Shown: positions 39,230 through 53,429 of the stretch, in pieces
Layout of the letters: each line of letters starts with the position of its first letter
Numbering within the stretch: position 1 is the stretch's first letter
Assembly (NCBI GenBank): GCA_951406725.2
Contig: OX597826.1
Coordinates: 80,290,001-80,354,000, forward strand
Direction of reading: 5' to 3'
From: Octopus vulgaris
Lineage: Eukaryota
DNA length: 64,000 nucleotides
Notes under the pieces: generated by a model
Seen by the model: only the letters and a program-made list of their open reading frames with translations
Database searches by the model: none
Told to the model about the DNA's origin: nothing
Translations under genes and position numbers: made by a program

Positions 39230-41900
39230 ATGCGGCGTGTTCTGAAATCTAGAAACAATTTGCGTCACTTTATCCTTTAGACTCGTACAAACACTAAACG
39301 AAGATTTTGCTCGTTGAGCTAAATTCGGTGATGGAATGCTTGTATTCTCTTCTAATGATCTTCGTGTAACTGTTAACGTCAATTTTTTGTTTGTTTTTCG
39401 TGACAGTGATACCAACGATACTCAACGGGTGTTTAACCTTTTCATTCTGCAAACATGCAACAAGATCATTAAACGAGCGTTTAAATCGTCACAGTGAACG
39501 GCTTCTAAATCACATGACTGTCTCTGATTTCTTCTCATGATGGTATGTAAAGGTATATACAGAATATGCTGTATAAGCAAAAGCTCACCAACATCCGAAC
39601 AGATCTAACGATCTGCAATCATTTGATGAAGTTCCTCGTCTTTCAAAGCTAATTTAGTTCTCGAAGTTTGCCAAAAAATAAAAAAAATACTTCTAACTAC
39701 TTCTTGCAACGAGGTTTGCTACAATGGCCACCATATTGTTGTCGTGCTTCACGTTACTGGGGACGGAAACCATGTTTCTATGACGCTGATATAATGAGGA
39801 TATATAGCTTGATATAATGAGGATGTAACGCAAAGATGATTAAAGATACATCACATTTGAAGAGTTATCGTACGAGGTTTGCCTGATCAGCAAATACTGA
39901 TAAGGTCTTTTGGACACCACCGGTTGATACATCTAATTCAGTTGAAATATACTCCACCACCATCTAAAGAAACAATTTAAGTTATTTATGCATTTTCCCT
40001 TGATCACAGTTCCCTAAATTTCCGAGATGTTCATGTACCTTGGGGTTTCAGAAATGTCAAACAGAAGATGACACTATGAAATAATATTTCCCTAGTTATG
40101 TATCATAATATATAATATAAATTAATTAAATAATTAACCTAATTATTTCGTAATTGTAGGTGATATAAGGCAGCTTGCTGGCAGAGTCGTTTTCACACCG
40201 GATAAAATGCTTAGTGACATTTCTCTTAGTTCTGTATATTCAGAGTTCAAATTCCGCCCGGATCGACTTTGCCATTCATCATTTCGGGGTCAATGATATA
40301 AATACTAGTTGAGCCTTGGGATCGATGTAATCGACTCACCCCCTCCACAAAATTTCAGGCCTTGTGTCTGTAACAAAGAATTATTTAGCTGATAAACTGA
40401 TTTTAACCTTTATAGATCAAATGAAGGTCCTCCATGGAAGTACAAGTCATCGCCCTCAACAGCAGTAGCAGCAGCTCTGTAAAGTTGGTTGGAGACAGTT
40501 TTTCTGTAATTAACCGTATGAACCAAGTAGTTTGTTTTAGAAGGCAAGTCTATAGGTATTGGCTGCCAGACACAGTTTTATACCAAAAATCGATCGTATT
40601 AGAGAAGATATATCCGGAAACCCATCAGTATCCATAAAAGTGTAAACAAGGGAGAATAGATTGATCAAATGCTTTTATTGTTTCATCTCCACTTTACCAG
40701 AAGATTGTTGCTGAAATGGTATTACATAATGTATTAAATATATCGTACAATGCATCATGTCATTATTATTTCACAACATTCGTAACAGAAGACTCATCAG
40801 GTATGAACGCAATGACTCTGCTAAATCAAACCATATTCCATATTTATATCTCATCTATCCTCAGATGGATGTATCTGCAATAGTTAGTCCCCTTTTATAA
40901 TGATGTGATAGCGAGGAGCGGTTTCAGTTAAAAAATAGTTTATTTGTATGAGACTCAGCATATCACATATTAGAGAAGAACTTCGAAGCAGAAAATAAAC
41001 GGATTTGTTCGCCACACAACCTGGAAGCCACTTTGAACATAACAAGCAATTTTCTAACGCTAATAAGAAATCATTTCCAACTTAAACATAATCTCTATAG
41101 ACTAATCTGTTCAACTCACACAATGTTAAAGGCAGATATTCTTGTATGAACAACGTAGTTCTCAGTTTCAAGCGCTACAACTGCTAATACGCATTAACAC
41201 AGTCACCATCCCATTTCCAACTTCTAACTGTAGAAATCTGTTCGACTGCTTTTCATGATTTCTTGCCTCACTAAAAAAAATGGTACAACGTGCTGAACAA
41301 CCATAATAACTCCAGAAAGGAATTATACGGGTTTAACGGCAAACATTTCTAAGAGGTTACTTCATTCAATATCTCTACTCATTCAAGCCAAGGAGCTCGG
41401 AAAATGTCCTGTCTCTGTCACGTTGATAGATGAGGAGCTGACTTGCTCCCTATTAATATCATTGATAAAGCTAAGTAATGTTTTAATGCGTTACGGAAGT
41501 GTAGTAGAGAAAAGTTCTAAACATTGAAGCAACCTGTTATATTTCTTGATCGGAGATCAGAAGAACTGTTTAATTGTTGATTCCATCTGGTTTCCTCTTA
41601 GAAAATTTCTGAAATACTCAGTTGCCCGGACGTCGAACGCCTTTCGCATCCGAACCAGTTGATTAAGATTTCCTGAGAAACGACCTTAAACGGAACAACC
41701 CCAAGTTAACTCCCTCTTTGGTACACAGACTTCCAAGAACAGTGACTTTGCAAACAGCAAAAATTCCGATCGCAGGAGATGAGCCTTAGCTTGAGAGAAA
41801 GGAATCAATGTCTACAACAACCTCCATCATCTTTCTTTCAAGATACCATCTGAAGGATCGCTGCCACAGACCTCGTGTTAGTGACTATAAAAACAGGGAG
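39230..41900 (-). mobile_element. Possible very old Gypsy pol remnant
   Basis: PSPNLAQRA..SRFQNTPH resembles integrase P.SNGLAER..YRNTPH; EELH upstream; weak RNase H-like QPIPIDLPSKT; interrupted by a family A SINE at ~40168-40380. Confidence 0.35.
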
Positions 41901-42087
41901 TTAATACAAAATGAATTCACGGGCGGTTCTCCAATAAATATAAGCCTCACCTCAGGTATCTAACCTTAATTGGGTGCATCTGTACACATAAAGAAGCACA
42001 GGCGTGTGGTTGTGTGTGTGCATGCATACGTGTATACACAAGTGTATAAAACGTAAATGAAGCATCTACATTTCATGGCATGCATAA

Positions 42088-42144
<57 letters not shown>

Positions 42145-42246
42145 TATATATATAATTATATATTTATATGTATATATATGCATATATATACATGGAAATA
42201 TATATATATATATATATATATATGCATATATATACACATGTATATA

Positions 42247-42284
<38 letters not shown>

Positions 42285-43173
42285 CATATACACATATATA
42301 TATATGCACATATATGTATATATATGATATGTATGTGTACGTCTGTGTATGTATGTATGTATTTATGTATGCCATGAAAAGTAGCTGCTTCATTTACTAA
42401 TGATGTGACTATAATTAAAATTCTATCTCGTAGTCAATTGTCGTCCGTACAAGAAATCAAGAAAAAGGAATAATCTCGATATGATTGACATGGCTGGAAA
42501 TTTAAGCTAAGCTTTTTGCGTAGACTAACTTGGTGGACAAATTTGTGCATAAGTCACGTGATTTTCTGCTATCCGATTGACTGAGCAACCGTCCGTATAT
42601 CAATATAACTTGAGTATTATGGTGGGTGAGTTGTCTCCTTCAATGACCATGTCAGATGACATTCTTTTGATGAGACGAGGCGGCCATCCATTGGTCGCTT
42701 GACTTACTGGAAATAACTACTGTATATTTCCTAGTTTCAGAAGGACTGTGTAGATAATGTAATCCTAGGTACATTAGGCGCAGGCATGGCTGTGTGATAA
42801 GAAGCTAGCCCCCCAACCACATGCTTCCGGGTTCAGTTCCATTGTGTGGGACCTTGGGCAAGTGTCTTTTTCAATATAATAAATAATGTTGCCCTACTTT
42901 AAAGAACATGGAGTGATCATACCTGTGATGTCTTTCATTGTAATCTTGCTCCAGCAGAGCTGAACAAGGGCTACGCAACGACAGCAATCATACAAACAGA
43001 GCCATACCTTCAACTGTAAAAAGAATGGCTCTATGAGTTTGCTTGACCCACTAGAAATAACAGCGAAAACTCAACAAAGCACACACTACTACTTACACAA
43101 GAAAAGGGATACATTGGATAATGTATTCAACTGGATTGTCAGTTCGTAAACATGGATGACAGAGCAAAGCCTA

Positions 43174-43330
43174 AAGGCGGCGAGCTGGCAGAATGGTTAA
43201 GCACGCCAGGCGAAATGCTTAGCGATATTTCGTCTGCCTGTACGTTCTGAGTTCAAATTCCGCCGAGGTCGACTTTGCCTTTCATCCTTTCGGGTCGACA
43301 AATTAAGTACCAGTGAAACAGTGGGGTCAA
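43174..43330 (+). mobile_element. SINE family A, 3' truncated
   Basis: AAGGCGGCGAGCTGGCAGAA..GAGTTCAAATTCCGCCGAGGTCGACTTTGCC. Confidence 0.9.
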
Positions 43331-43384
43331 TTTTTCAGTCCCCATAGACGCAGGTATGGCCGTGTGGTAAGAAGCTTGCTCCCT

Positions 43385-43709
43385 AATTACTATCTATGGA
43401 CCCCTTTGATTACTATTTTATTCTGGTTGACCCCCATAGCCTTTTGATGCTTAAAAACTAGTTTTATAGAAACTTCATTCAAAATTACTATTTTGTTTCT
43501 CACAAATTAACTTGTATAAATTGTATTATGTAAAATGCTAGAGAAAGAAACCAGGCTTTTTCTTGCAATACAAACATTTAAAGCAAAATCTTTTCAGGGA
43601 CATATGAAATACTATTGTGGATCGTCGATTTCCTATTTTATTGCATGGATCCCCAAAAATCTTACATGGGCCCTCAGGGACCATATGCAACCCGGCTGAG
43701 AACCAGTGA
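43385..43709 (-). mobile_element. hAT-type MITE related to 13091-13336
   Basis: Ends GGCTGAGAACCAGTG; TATGGACCCCTTTGATTACTATTTT matches the reverse complement of ~13280-13305. Confidence 0.6.
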
Positions 43710-43865
43710 CCTAGAAAGTTTCCCTCCAAGACACAAGTCCGGGCAAGGTTGTTTATAGAAGACTAGCAGTCGCCCATGCATGCCAGCCTCCCCTCCCAAA
43801 GCTCTAACCACCGAACTATGCGCCTTCACACACACACACACACACACACGCACATATACACGCAA

Positions 43866-43898
<33 letters not shown>

Positions 43899-43959
43899 CA
43901 CACGCAAACACACACACATATACACACACATACATGTGTACGTGTGTGTGTGCGTGCGC

Positions 43960-43995
<36 letters not shown>

Positions 43996-44422
43996 TCCAC
44001 CATCAAGTTTAGGCCGCTGCAACTTAGCGGATCGGCAAAAGAAACTGACAGAATAAGTATCAGGCTTCCAAAAGGAAACTAAGTACTGGAGTCAATTCAT
44101 TCGACTAGAATTCTTCAAAGTGCTGCCCCAGAATGGCCACAGTCTGATGACTGGAACAAGTAAGAGTTAATAGTTAACTGCTTCCACGAAGTTATTTCAA
44201 ACAAAGAGGTAATGTTTCCATCGACAAGTTGAATTGTTCAATGCTAAACACCGTCTATCCGGGATAAAAGATCGATAACTAATGGGGTAATTATTGTACA
44301 GAATCTAAACGTCTAATAATTGATTTCGGAATAACATTAACTGGTTAATTCTGGAAATAATACTGTATTAAAGAATATAAAGGCGTTATTTATGTGTTTA
44401 TCAAACAGAATTTATTACGTCC

Positions 44423-44475
<53 letters not shown>

Positions 44476-44495
44476 ATGTATGTATGTATATGTAC

Positions 44496-44527
<32 letters not shown>

Positions 44528-44528
44528 A

Positions 44529-44569
<41 letters not shown>

Positions 44570-44588
44570 GTACATATATATATGTATC

Positions 44589-44649
<61 letters not shown>

Positions 44650-44711
44650 ATGTATATATGTATACATGTATATATATAAGGATAAACATGTGTGAGTGTG
44701 TGTGTGTATGC

Positions 44712-44749
<38 letters not shown>

Positions 44750-44753
<4 letters not shown>

Positions 44754-44975
44754 GGAGAATTCACAAAAAAAGCAAAAGACGAAGACGGGTGGTGTAGAAA
44801 ACAAGCGGATGTATTAGTATAACGCTCGGGAATTGAAAAAGCCTTTAACGTTTCGAGCCTACGCTCTTCGACAGAAAGGGACACAGAAAGAAACAAGGAG
44901 AGAAAAAATGTGTGTAGTGGCAAGCGATCTATCATGGCGAATGCCGGACAGAAGGGTCACACAGGAAAGCTAAAA
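44750..44975 (-). mobile_element. Penelope-like terminal fragment with minimal hammerhead-like motif (44842-44879)
   Basis: - strand CCTTT-CTGTCGA-A-GAGC-GTAG-GCTC-GAAAC-GTT-AAAGG with perfect stems I and II and AACGTT palindrome. Confidence 0.75.
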
Positions 44976-45399
44976 TGCATGTATGTATGTATGTATGTAT
45001 GTATGTATGTATGTATGTATGTATTTATGTATGTATGTATGTATGTATGTGTAAATGTTTGTATGTATGTATGTATGTATGCATGTATGTATGTATGCAT
45101 GTATGCATGTATGTATGTATGTATGTATGTATGTATGTATGTATGTATGTATGTATGTATGTATGTATGTATGTATGTATGTATGTATGTATGTGTTTGC
45201 ATTCTAATGTTATCCCAATCAACTACCAAACTTTCAACTATTCGTACACAAAGAATATTCGATGTAATCAAATCGTAAACATTATATTTAGACAGTACAG
45301 TTATTTAAGTATATGATATTTAAATATAAGAGTTGTCCCACGTATAAATATACTAAGGAACAACAATCTATAATACCAGACATAGACGTTAAGCAAAAT

Positions 45400-46030
45400 A
45401 TTTGATAACATCTTCCGATAATGGTCGCATTTTCCAAGCTATCCACTTCATTATTATGCAGAATTTCTAAGTCACCGCTTTTACATTTCTTTCTGTTTTC
45501 ATGATCATATCTGATGTTGGCGAGGAGTCTCTAAGCAGGAAATCCTATGAAATCCTGTAGTTATCTTCTACCGTGACAGCCACTAGCTAATGTTCAGACT
45601 ACTTTACGGCCACAGATTTGGCCAACATCCTAAAGCACAATCATACCTCGTGATTGTGTCACGTGGTTGTAATGGTATGCCCTTTTTGTACTAGATCACT
45701 GTACAACTTAGAAGATTATTAGTATTTTCGTTTTCTTTTTCTTTTTCCACGCATTCTGCGTTTGTTGTCTGACTGAGCTAACAATATGTATGCATTTCGT
45801 TCTAATAGCTTATTCCTGAGCCGCTGTAATAAGTGATTCATTATCTCGTTTCAGATTTCAATCTCTCAACAACAATCAGTGGTCTTCATTTCCAACATGC
45901 TCAGTTTGATGCATGAATTATTTATATTTTTTTCTCGTCTTCCAACTAAATTGTTTTCTCATTCTTCAGGAGTCGATAAAATCAAATCAAATATAGTAAT
46001 CTCTTTTATCGGCTAACCTCTCCTTTGAAT
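45400..46030 (-). mobile_element. Old decayed R4/Dong-like fragment
   Basis: NLKRDNESLITAAQE*AIRT resembles LKxETExLxxAAQEQAxxT of the REL clade. Confidence 0.6.
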
Positions 46031-46104
46031 ATTATTATTGCTCATGTGCCTAAACTTAAGAATTATTATTATCAGTATTATTGTTGTTATTATTATTATT
46101 ATTA

Positions 46105-46460
46105 TCATATGAAAACTCACAGCTTATTTTGTTGGGTATGATGGAAAGTGTCAGCTGTCCACAGCCAGCAGACTCAGATGACACTTGTTTGCTGGTCATG
46201 CTTCAAGAACCCTACGAAGAATTCTTGCAGTTCCAAACAATGCTGATCTCTGTAGGTGTTCTACCTTCACACTTGCACCGATCTTTTTCAGCCATGCTGG
46301 TAGTTGAATGCTGATACTTCCAAGAGTTCCAATTACTACTGGTACCACGTCTACTCTCTTCATTGACCACAACCTTCGTATTTCCCACTTTAAATCGCCA
46401 TAGTTGTTTATTTTTACTTCTTCTTTCACATTGATCCAGTTGTCATCGAGAAGATATGTG
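46105..46460 (-). mobile_element. 3' end of a second R4/Dong-like family
   Basis: KEEVKINNYGDLKWEIRRLW..VVPVVIGTLG..LQRSALFGTARILRRVL*, short 3' UTR, then (TAA)n tail. Confidence 0.85.
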
Positions 46461-46714
46461 AACAAACACAATTCATTCATCATTATTCCGTCTTTTAGTT
46501 TTCAGACATTATATCTAGATATAATCCAATGTGTCCTTCATTTTCAAGACGTATGTTTTATTTATGGGAGATTTGCCGGCTATTTTTTCATATAAAGGTA
46601 TCGCCTATAAACTTCCTCGTTCACTTTTGAATAAATACATTGACAGTGTTACCTAGATGCATTTACTATGATTTTGTCTACGTGTATGCGTACCACTACT
46701 GTCTATGAAAAAAA

Positions 46715-46754
<40 letters not shown>

Positions 46755-46787
46755 GTGTATATATGTGTTTGTGTGTGTGTGTATGTA

Positions 46788-46841
<54 letters not shown>

Positions 46842-46953
46842 GAGAGAGAGAGTTATGAGTAGCTTGCTGAGTACCTCTCGATGAGTAATTATGACATCAG
46901 ATGATCTGCCGACTAAGAACATATGTAGCCACTCTCTCTCAACATACATATAT

Positions 46954-47178
46954 CTATTTCTTTATTACTCACAGGGGTCTAAACACAGAGAGGACAAACA
47001 AGGACAGACAAATGGTTAAAGTCGATTATATCGACCCCAGTGCGTAACTGCTACTTATTTAATCAACCCCGAAAGGATGAAAGGCAAAGTCGACCTCGGC
47101 GGAATTTGATCTCAGAACGTAGCGGCAGACGAAATACCGCTAAGCATTTCGTCCGGCGTGCTAACGTTTCTGTCAGCT
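46954..47178 (-). mobile_element. SINE family A, near full length
   Basis: Reverse complement of 10800-11028. Confidence 0.9.
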
Positions 47179-47559
47179 ATGCATGTAGCGTAATGTTATG
47201 AGCCTCATATACCTGAATATGTGAATGTAAATGATATTCATAATAAGTGTTTATGTAAGCACACGAGAGAGTGTAGATTCGTTTATGTACCGTAAACATG
47301 CTTATATAGTTATGCTTCTACACTTACATGTATGTACAATGGAGGAGAATGAAGATGTGTGTTCTGCACAATTCTGTATATGTATTTATATGTATAGTGA
47401 GTGTTTATTCCTTAAGTAAGTACATAACGGTGTGTGGTGCATTCGTTTTCCATACACAGACATTCCTGCACAGTTACACGTGTACAGGTTTATGCATGTG
47501 CAGATAGATAGATTGGACGTTAAATAGTTGTACTAGAAACAACTCAGAAATCATGAAAG

Positions 47560-47840
47560 TTTTAATTTTCATAACAAAAATTACGTTGGTCATATTGTCA
47601 CCAGTCTTTCCCGTAGACTAACAATGCATCTGCCTCAAGGAAGCAAAGCAATACTTTAATAAAAAGGAAATTAAATATTTTCCTGTTATCTTTAGCTCTG
47701 TCCTATATTCTGATGGAATTTTTTTCTTCGATTTCGTTTGTGCGATTTTCCTGACATAAACATCTGTTTTATCTTTGTCAAGTCTCTTTGTTGAACCGTC
47801 TTTGCTAAGATGCATCCGAAAAAATAAACATAAACCATAG
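47560..47840. mobile_element. Decayed Penelope GIY-YIG fragment(s)
   Basis: + strand NYVGHIVTSLSRRLTMHL matches the PLE YIG.T...LSRRLTMHL motif; - strand RMHLSKDGS may be an inverted relative. Confidence 0.55.
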
Positions 47841-48465
47841 AAGAACGAAGTGCCAATCATTTCAACCATCGTAGGCAGCAAAAAATTATTAATACAAGAA
47901 AAACGTTTTGCAAAAATATTCTTGAAGCAATTATAAATATCAAGATTTCATTATGAATTATTGGAAATATTCTGTATGAAATTCTTCACACAAAGAAACA
48001 AGCATACCTACCCATGGCTTCATTGACAATATTTCAACACAACTTCTTTAGCATGCGGAAAGCAAAGCCCAATACACAGAGAATGAGTGAAAACGTACCT
48101 ATTACTTGAAGCCATTTTTCTAAACTCCTCTCTTCATAAATTGCCATTATCGATGAGAATGTAAGATGGAATTTATCAATCTGACACACATTTACTACCT
48201 GATGGTAAAATCTCTGCACATTTGAAAGGCCGATAAAAGGGAATCGAAGAATCTAATAGACAACTTTTGGAAGAATAACAAAGAATTTACTAAGGAAATG
48301 GAAGAGATTAGAAATAGAATTTCGTAAAAGAGGAAAAGAGAAATAATGGGTTTTAGAAGAAAACTGGTTCAGTGGTGAGTAGTTTTTTTTTTTACCATTC
48401 GTTGATAAATATACTGCATGTGAGGGTATGAGCGCACGTGTATAGATATATATATATATGTACAT

Positions 48466-48534
<69 letters not shown>

Positions 48535-49479
48535 TATATACACGCACACATACACATTCACTAACACACGCACACATACACACACTCGCGTTTGAATGAA
48601 CCAACAAGAAAACCGTACTCCTTATATGATATAGTAGAATTTTATTTATTCTTTCGAAGCCAAAGAGTCACTTCGTCGCTACTTAAATTCTTCGGTATGT
48701 CTGATCTCACAGGCAACAAGAAAGTGTATGTTTGTCTAAGCTTTACGCACGCGATATATATACGGGTGTGTGGGTGTACACGCGTGAGTATGTTTCTATA
48801 AGTGAGTGTGTCTGTGTACACTGGATTCTAATTTCAACCTACTTCACCTGTCTATCGTACAACTATTCCAAACACTTGCTAAACGTATAAAAGTCGCAAT
48901 ATCTGAGTCTTCCGGGCTGAAGTAAGAATGATTCTTGTTGAAAGCTGGCTACTTTTACCGATTCCAATATACTTGTTAACTAGGTCCTAGAATTCCACAC
49001 AAACATTGTCATAATTAAAATAAAGAAGGAAAAGAAACAGCGAATAAAAGAGTAGAAATAATAAAAACCAACTAAAGTCATGATTCTGTACCAATATATG
49101 AAGCAGCGTTTTTCAGATATCTGCTTCAATTTTTTTTTTAAAGAGCGAACGACAGTATTCCAAAACACATTCCTCCGACAAAAAACCGTTACCTGACGAG
49201 ATGATCAAATCATGACTAAGATTCCGCCATTTCGTGAATTAGACAGACAGCATTTTTATGTATTATATTTAATGTATGTTTATATTATATTTCACGAGAA
49301 GATTGTGTCTGTTGACATGTCTCGGTTGCAATGGCTTCTTTGTAGAAATTTATGACTGGTTTCCGCGAGATCTAACTACAGTGAATAGAATAAGCCAAAA
49401 TAAGAATGCATCTATGCTTAACCTGCTGGAAATGGCAGCCAAACTTCCCTCTAATCACTCCATACTCTCTTAAAATATA

Positions 49480-49855
49480 TCTTTTACAGGTTTCAGTCAT
49501 TAGACAGCGGCCTTGACGGAACACTACTTTGAAGAATTTTACTCGAACGATTCACCCCCATTACTTATTTTTTAAAAGCCTGGTAATTATTCTGACGGTC
49601 TCTTTTGATGAACTGCTAAGTTACAGGTACGTAGAAACACCAACGCTTGTTGTCAAGCGGTGATGGGGGCACAAGCACAGACACGAAAACACACAAATAC
49701 ACACACACACACACACACACACACATAAATATAGATATGTAAGTGTGTATATATATATATTCATTTAGAGATAGTGGGCCCCTTCATCTCATATATTTCT
49801 TCATTGAGAATAATTTGAACCCCTGTTATGCCGGAATTTTTATTCCCTAACAAAT

Positions 49856-49899
<44 letters not shown>

Positions 49900-50138
49900 C
49901 TATTAAGTTAGACATGGCCTGGACTAATCTTTGGTCGAAACATATCTAAGTTTATATATATATATATATATATATGATGGGCTTCTTTGAATTTCCGCCT
50001 ACCAAATCCACTCACAAGTCTTTGATCGGTTTGAGGCTAAAGTAGAAGACCCTGGCCCAAGGTACCACGCAGTGGGACTGAACCCGGAGCCATGTGGTTG
50101 GGAAGCAAACTTCTCACCACTCGTCCACGCCTGCACCT
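49480..50138 (-). mobile_element. SINE family B with nested inserts in its internal (TA)n
   Basis: 3' half ~49480-49700, 5' half ~49975-50138; LINE tip at 49897-49953 inside. Confidence 0.85.
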
Positions 50139-51053
50139 ACGAAATGGCTGCTAAACTTACCTTGACACACTCCATACTCTCTTAAAACATGGAGGGCACG
50201 GCGGATGATGTTGTGCGATAAATATTTAGGAAAGAGTTGTGTTGGTCACGTCGGAAGTGCTTTGGCAGGTTTACTCCGTCGGAACTGTCTAGGCCTAAAC
50301 AACAACAACAACAGCAAACACAACACCACCAACAATAACAACAACAAGTATACCAACAGCGAAAAACAGATCTGGAAATTAACAGCAACACTTGACGGGA
50401 AACATGAGCCAACCTAATCAGACAACAGTTAAATCACAATGTTAATGTGTAAATGTTATTTTTGCTTCTTTATTTAAATCAAACTATTTGCATTTTGCCA
50501 CGTGACAAATGTGAATCTTAAAAGTTCTAAAATGATTTCTCTTTTTGTTTTGCTCCGTTTTTCTTTTTTTTTTCCTTTTATACTTTCTGGTTTAGAAACT
50601 GGTTCTTTAGGGTTTATCTTCGTAGGCATTCAGTTTAATTATGGTAATGTCTACGTACAATTTTAAAACCTAGTTATCAAGTATGCAGAAATAGACAAAA
50701 GCCTCAGATATTGCGACGCGTAGACGTTTATTAAATGCTTCGGGCGATCGTTAGATACACAGGTGAAGTAGTTCGAAATTAGAATCCATTGTACGGAGAG
50801 ACGGAGACAGAGAAAAGCAAACAAGAGCAGTAAGAGAGACAGGGAGAGAGAGAGAGAGGGAGGGAGATACAGACAGACAGAGTGAGGGGGAGAGAGAGAA
50901 TGGTAAAGAGAGAGAAAAAGCAGAAATATCAAAATGCAATGAAATGAAAATGAAATAAAACATACTTATTGCTGTTTACATGACATTGCAAGAGATTATT
51001 GTTAATAAAAGAGTGTATTATCTATACACACACGTATATATATATGTATATAA

Positions 51054-51109
<56 letters not shown>

Positions 51110-51165
51110 GTATATACATATATATATATATATGTATACATATATTGTTGTATTTCGGAATGGTC

Positions 51166-51269
<104 letters not shown>

Positions 51270-52422
51270 ATATATATATGTATGTGTATATATATATATA
51301 TGTATGTATACATATATATGTGTGTGTGTGTGTATGTGTGTGTGCGTGTATTGGCAATTATTAGCATCTCTGTATCTTTTTTGTTTCCATGGTTATTTAT
51401 GCACAATTAATAATTTTTAGTTAGTTGTTATGTAAAATACTAACAGAATTTTGTCGGCGCAGAAAACGTCTCAGTGCCAAAACTCCAAAATGGTTTTGCG
51501 CAGAATCATTGTCAGGAAATCTTTGTCGCCAAAACGTCTCAAAAGAGGCGCCTCGTGACAAGAGTAGCTCCTTTTTCGAAGCAAACTGAGATTTTATGCA
51601 AACAGAGATATTCAATACATAAAAGTGCTTATCTGAACACCTCTCAGGTGTCTGAAGACGGCCATTCCAGGCCAGAATGGTCTTAAGCGTTTCTATCCAT
51701 GTTGACACTGGGTTTCTACAATAGCTTCGATCACAACCTGTTGCATGTAATAGTGTATGCGTGTAGGGATGGGCATCTGTGTGTAGATTGTGTGTATGAG
51801 TGTGTGTGAGTGTGTTTGTGTTCAAAAGTCGATGCCACGTTGATCTCATCTCGTACCAACTGTTCTGCGCTTGGCGGATAAATTACCCCCACGGCTGAGA
51901 CATCGACTGCAATTGCATCTCCTCAGAGAAGCCAGCGCTAGTGACTCTATGTCATACTTTGGCCTACAAGATAAAGCAGACATTTTCTTTTCTCAATTCA
52001 CAATGTCTTTTTAATAGATATCGAGGAAGATATTAAATAATGTAGGCTGAATTAAAGTGTCCGAGAAAAATAAAATGATCACGGTTAGACTTTTCTATTG
52101 CAGGTCTGTTTGATGGAAGTTGTTCTGTGGTTAAACAACACCTCTTTTGAGGTATTTTCATAAGAAAAAGCATGTTTCAAGTCTTCAAATAAAAACCATG
52201 GATTATTGTAAATGGAGTTAAGGAGTTAACTAACATTGATTACTGAAATCTGGACAGCAGCATCAAATTCGTTGATTTATGTTTCTGAACTGAAAATTAG
52301 AAAAATACAACTTTTTGCATTCGTCACGCTGCTCTTCTCTCTCGGGATAACTGCTTTCTTTAATATTACCAAAATTAGACAGAAGAATTACGAATTAACT
52401 TCAGCTCAGCTCAGCTGTTCCA

Positions 52423-52533
<111 letters not shown>

Positions 52534-52669
52534 TGTGTGGGTGTGTGTATGTATATATATATATACACGTAAATGTCGAACGATGAAAATGAGCGCTTGA
52601 TTTGGTGGGTATAAGATGAAACCAATGGTAGTCGTAATTCACAAATAAAGGTATTAAACAGCATACACG

Positions 52670-52709
<40 letters not shown>

Positions 52710-53429
52710 GTGATAGAATCCGTTAGTGATAATGCATCGAAACCTCATTTTCTTGTGCTTAGTTAAAATAATCATCGGGCGACATAATCCAACCAGGAAC
52801 AACTGAAAATGTTGCTAAAGTATCTCTGACATTCAATGTGCGTGTGTGTGTGTGTGTGTGCGTGTGTGTGCGCGTGTGTGTGTGTGTGTGTGTGTGCGTA
52901 AGGATTTAAAACTTCGGTTTTAAAATATTTTCGTTGTAGAAGGTCAGTTATTTTCAGAGTGGGGCTAGAAATATAGAGAGTGAAATATAGGTGTGTGTGT
53001 GTGTATGTATATACGCATTTAAAAGTTGAAGAACGTGGAAGATACGCAAAATACATATCTAAACTATTGGTAAACGATGGCAGAAGTAAGAGCGTAGAAG
53101 ATAAAAACCATGCATATGTGTAAAGAAATATGGAATGTCAAGAATAAAAAAAAATGTAACAAAGAGGCCATTATGGTAAACGGTGAGATGAGGACCGGCT
53201 AAAGCTGGAGCGGGAACGGAAGACTGCGAAGGTTGATAATGAATGGCTAATTGTTAGACTATTGTACTATATAGAAATGTGCTCTGAAAGATAAAATGTC
53301 TAAAAGTGTATTATTGTTAGCAATATAGTGAAAATCACGAATATATATCAGTAGGTTAAGTGTAGGAAAATGAAGGGGAAATAATGTATGATTGTTCTTT
53401 GTTATAAGCATAAGTATTGATCTGAAGAA

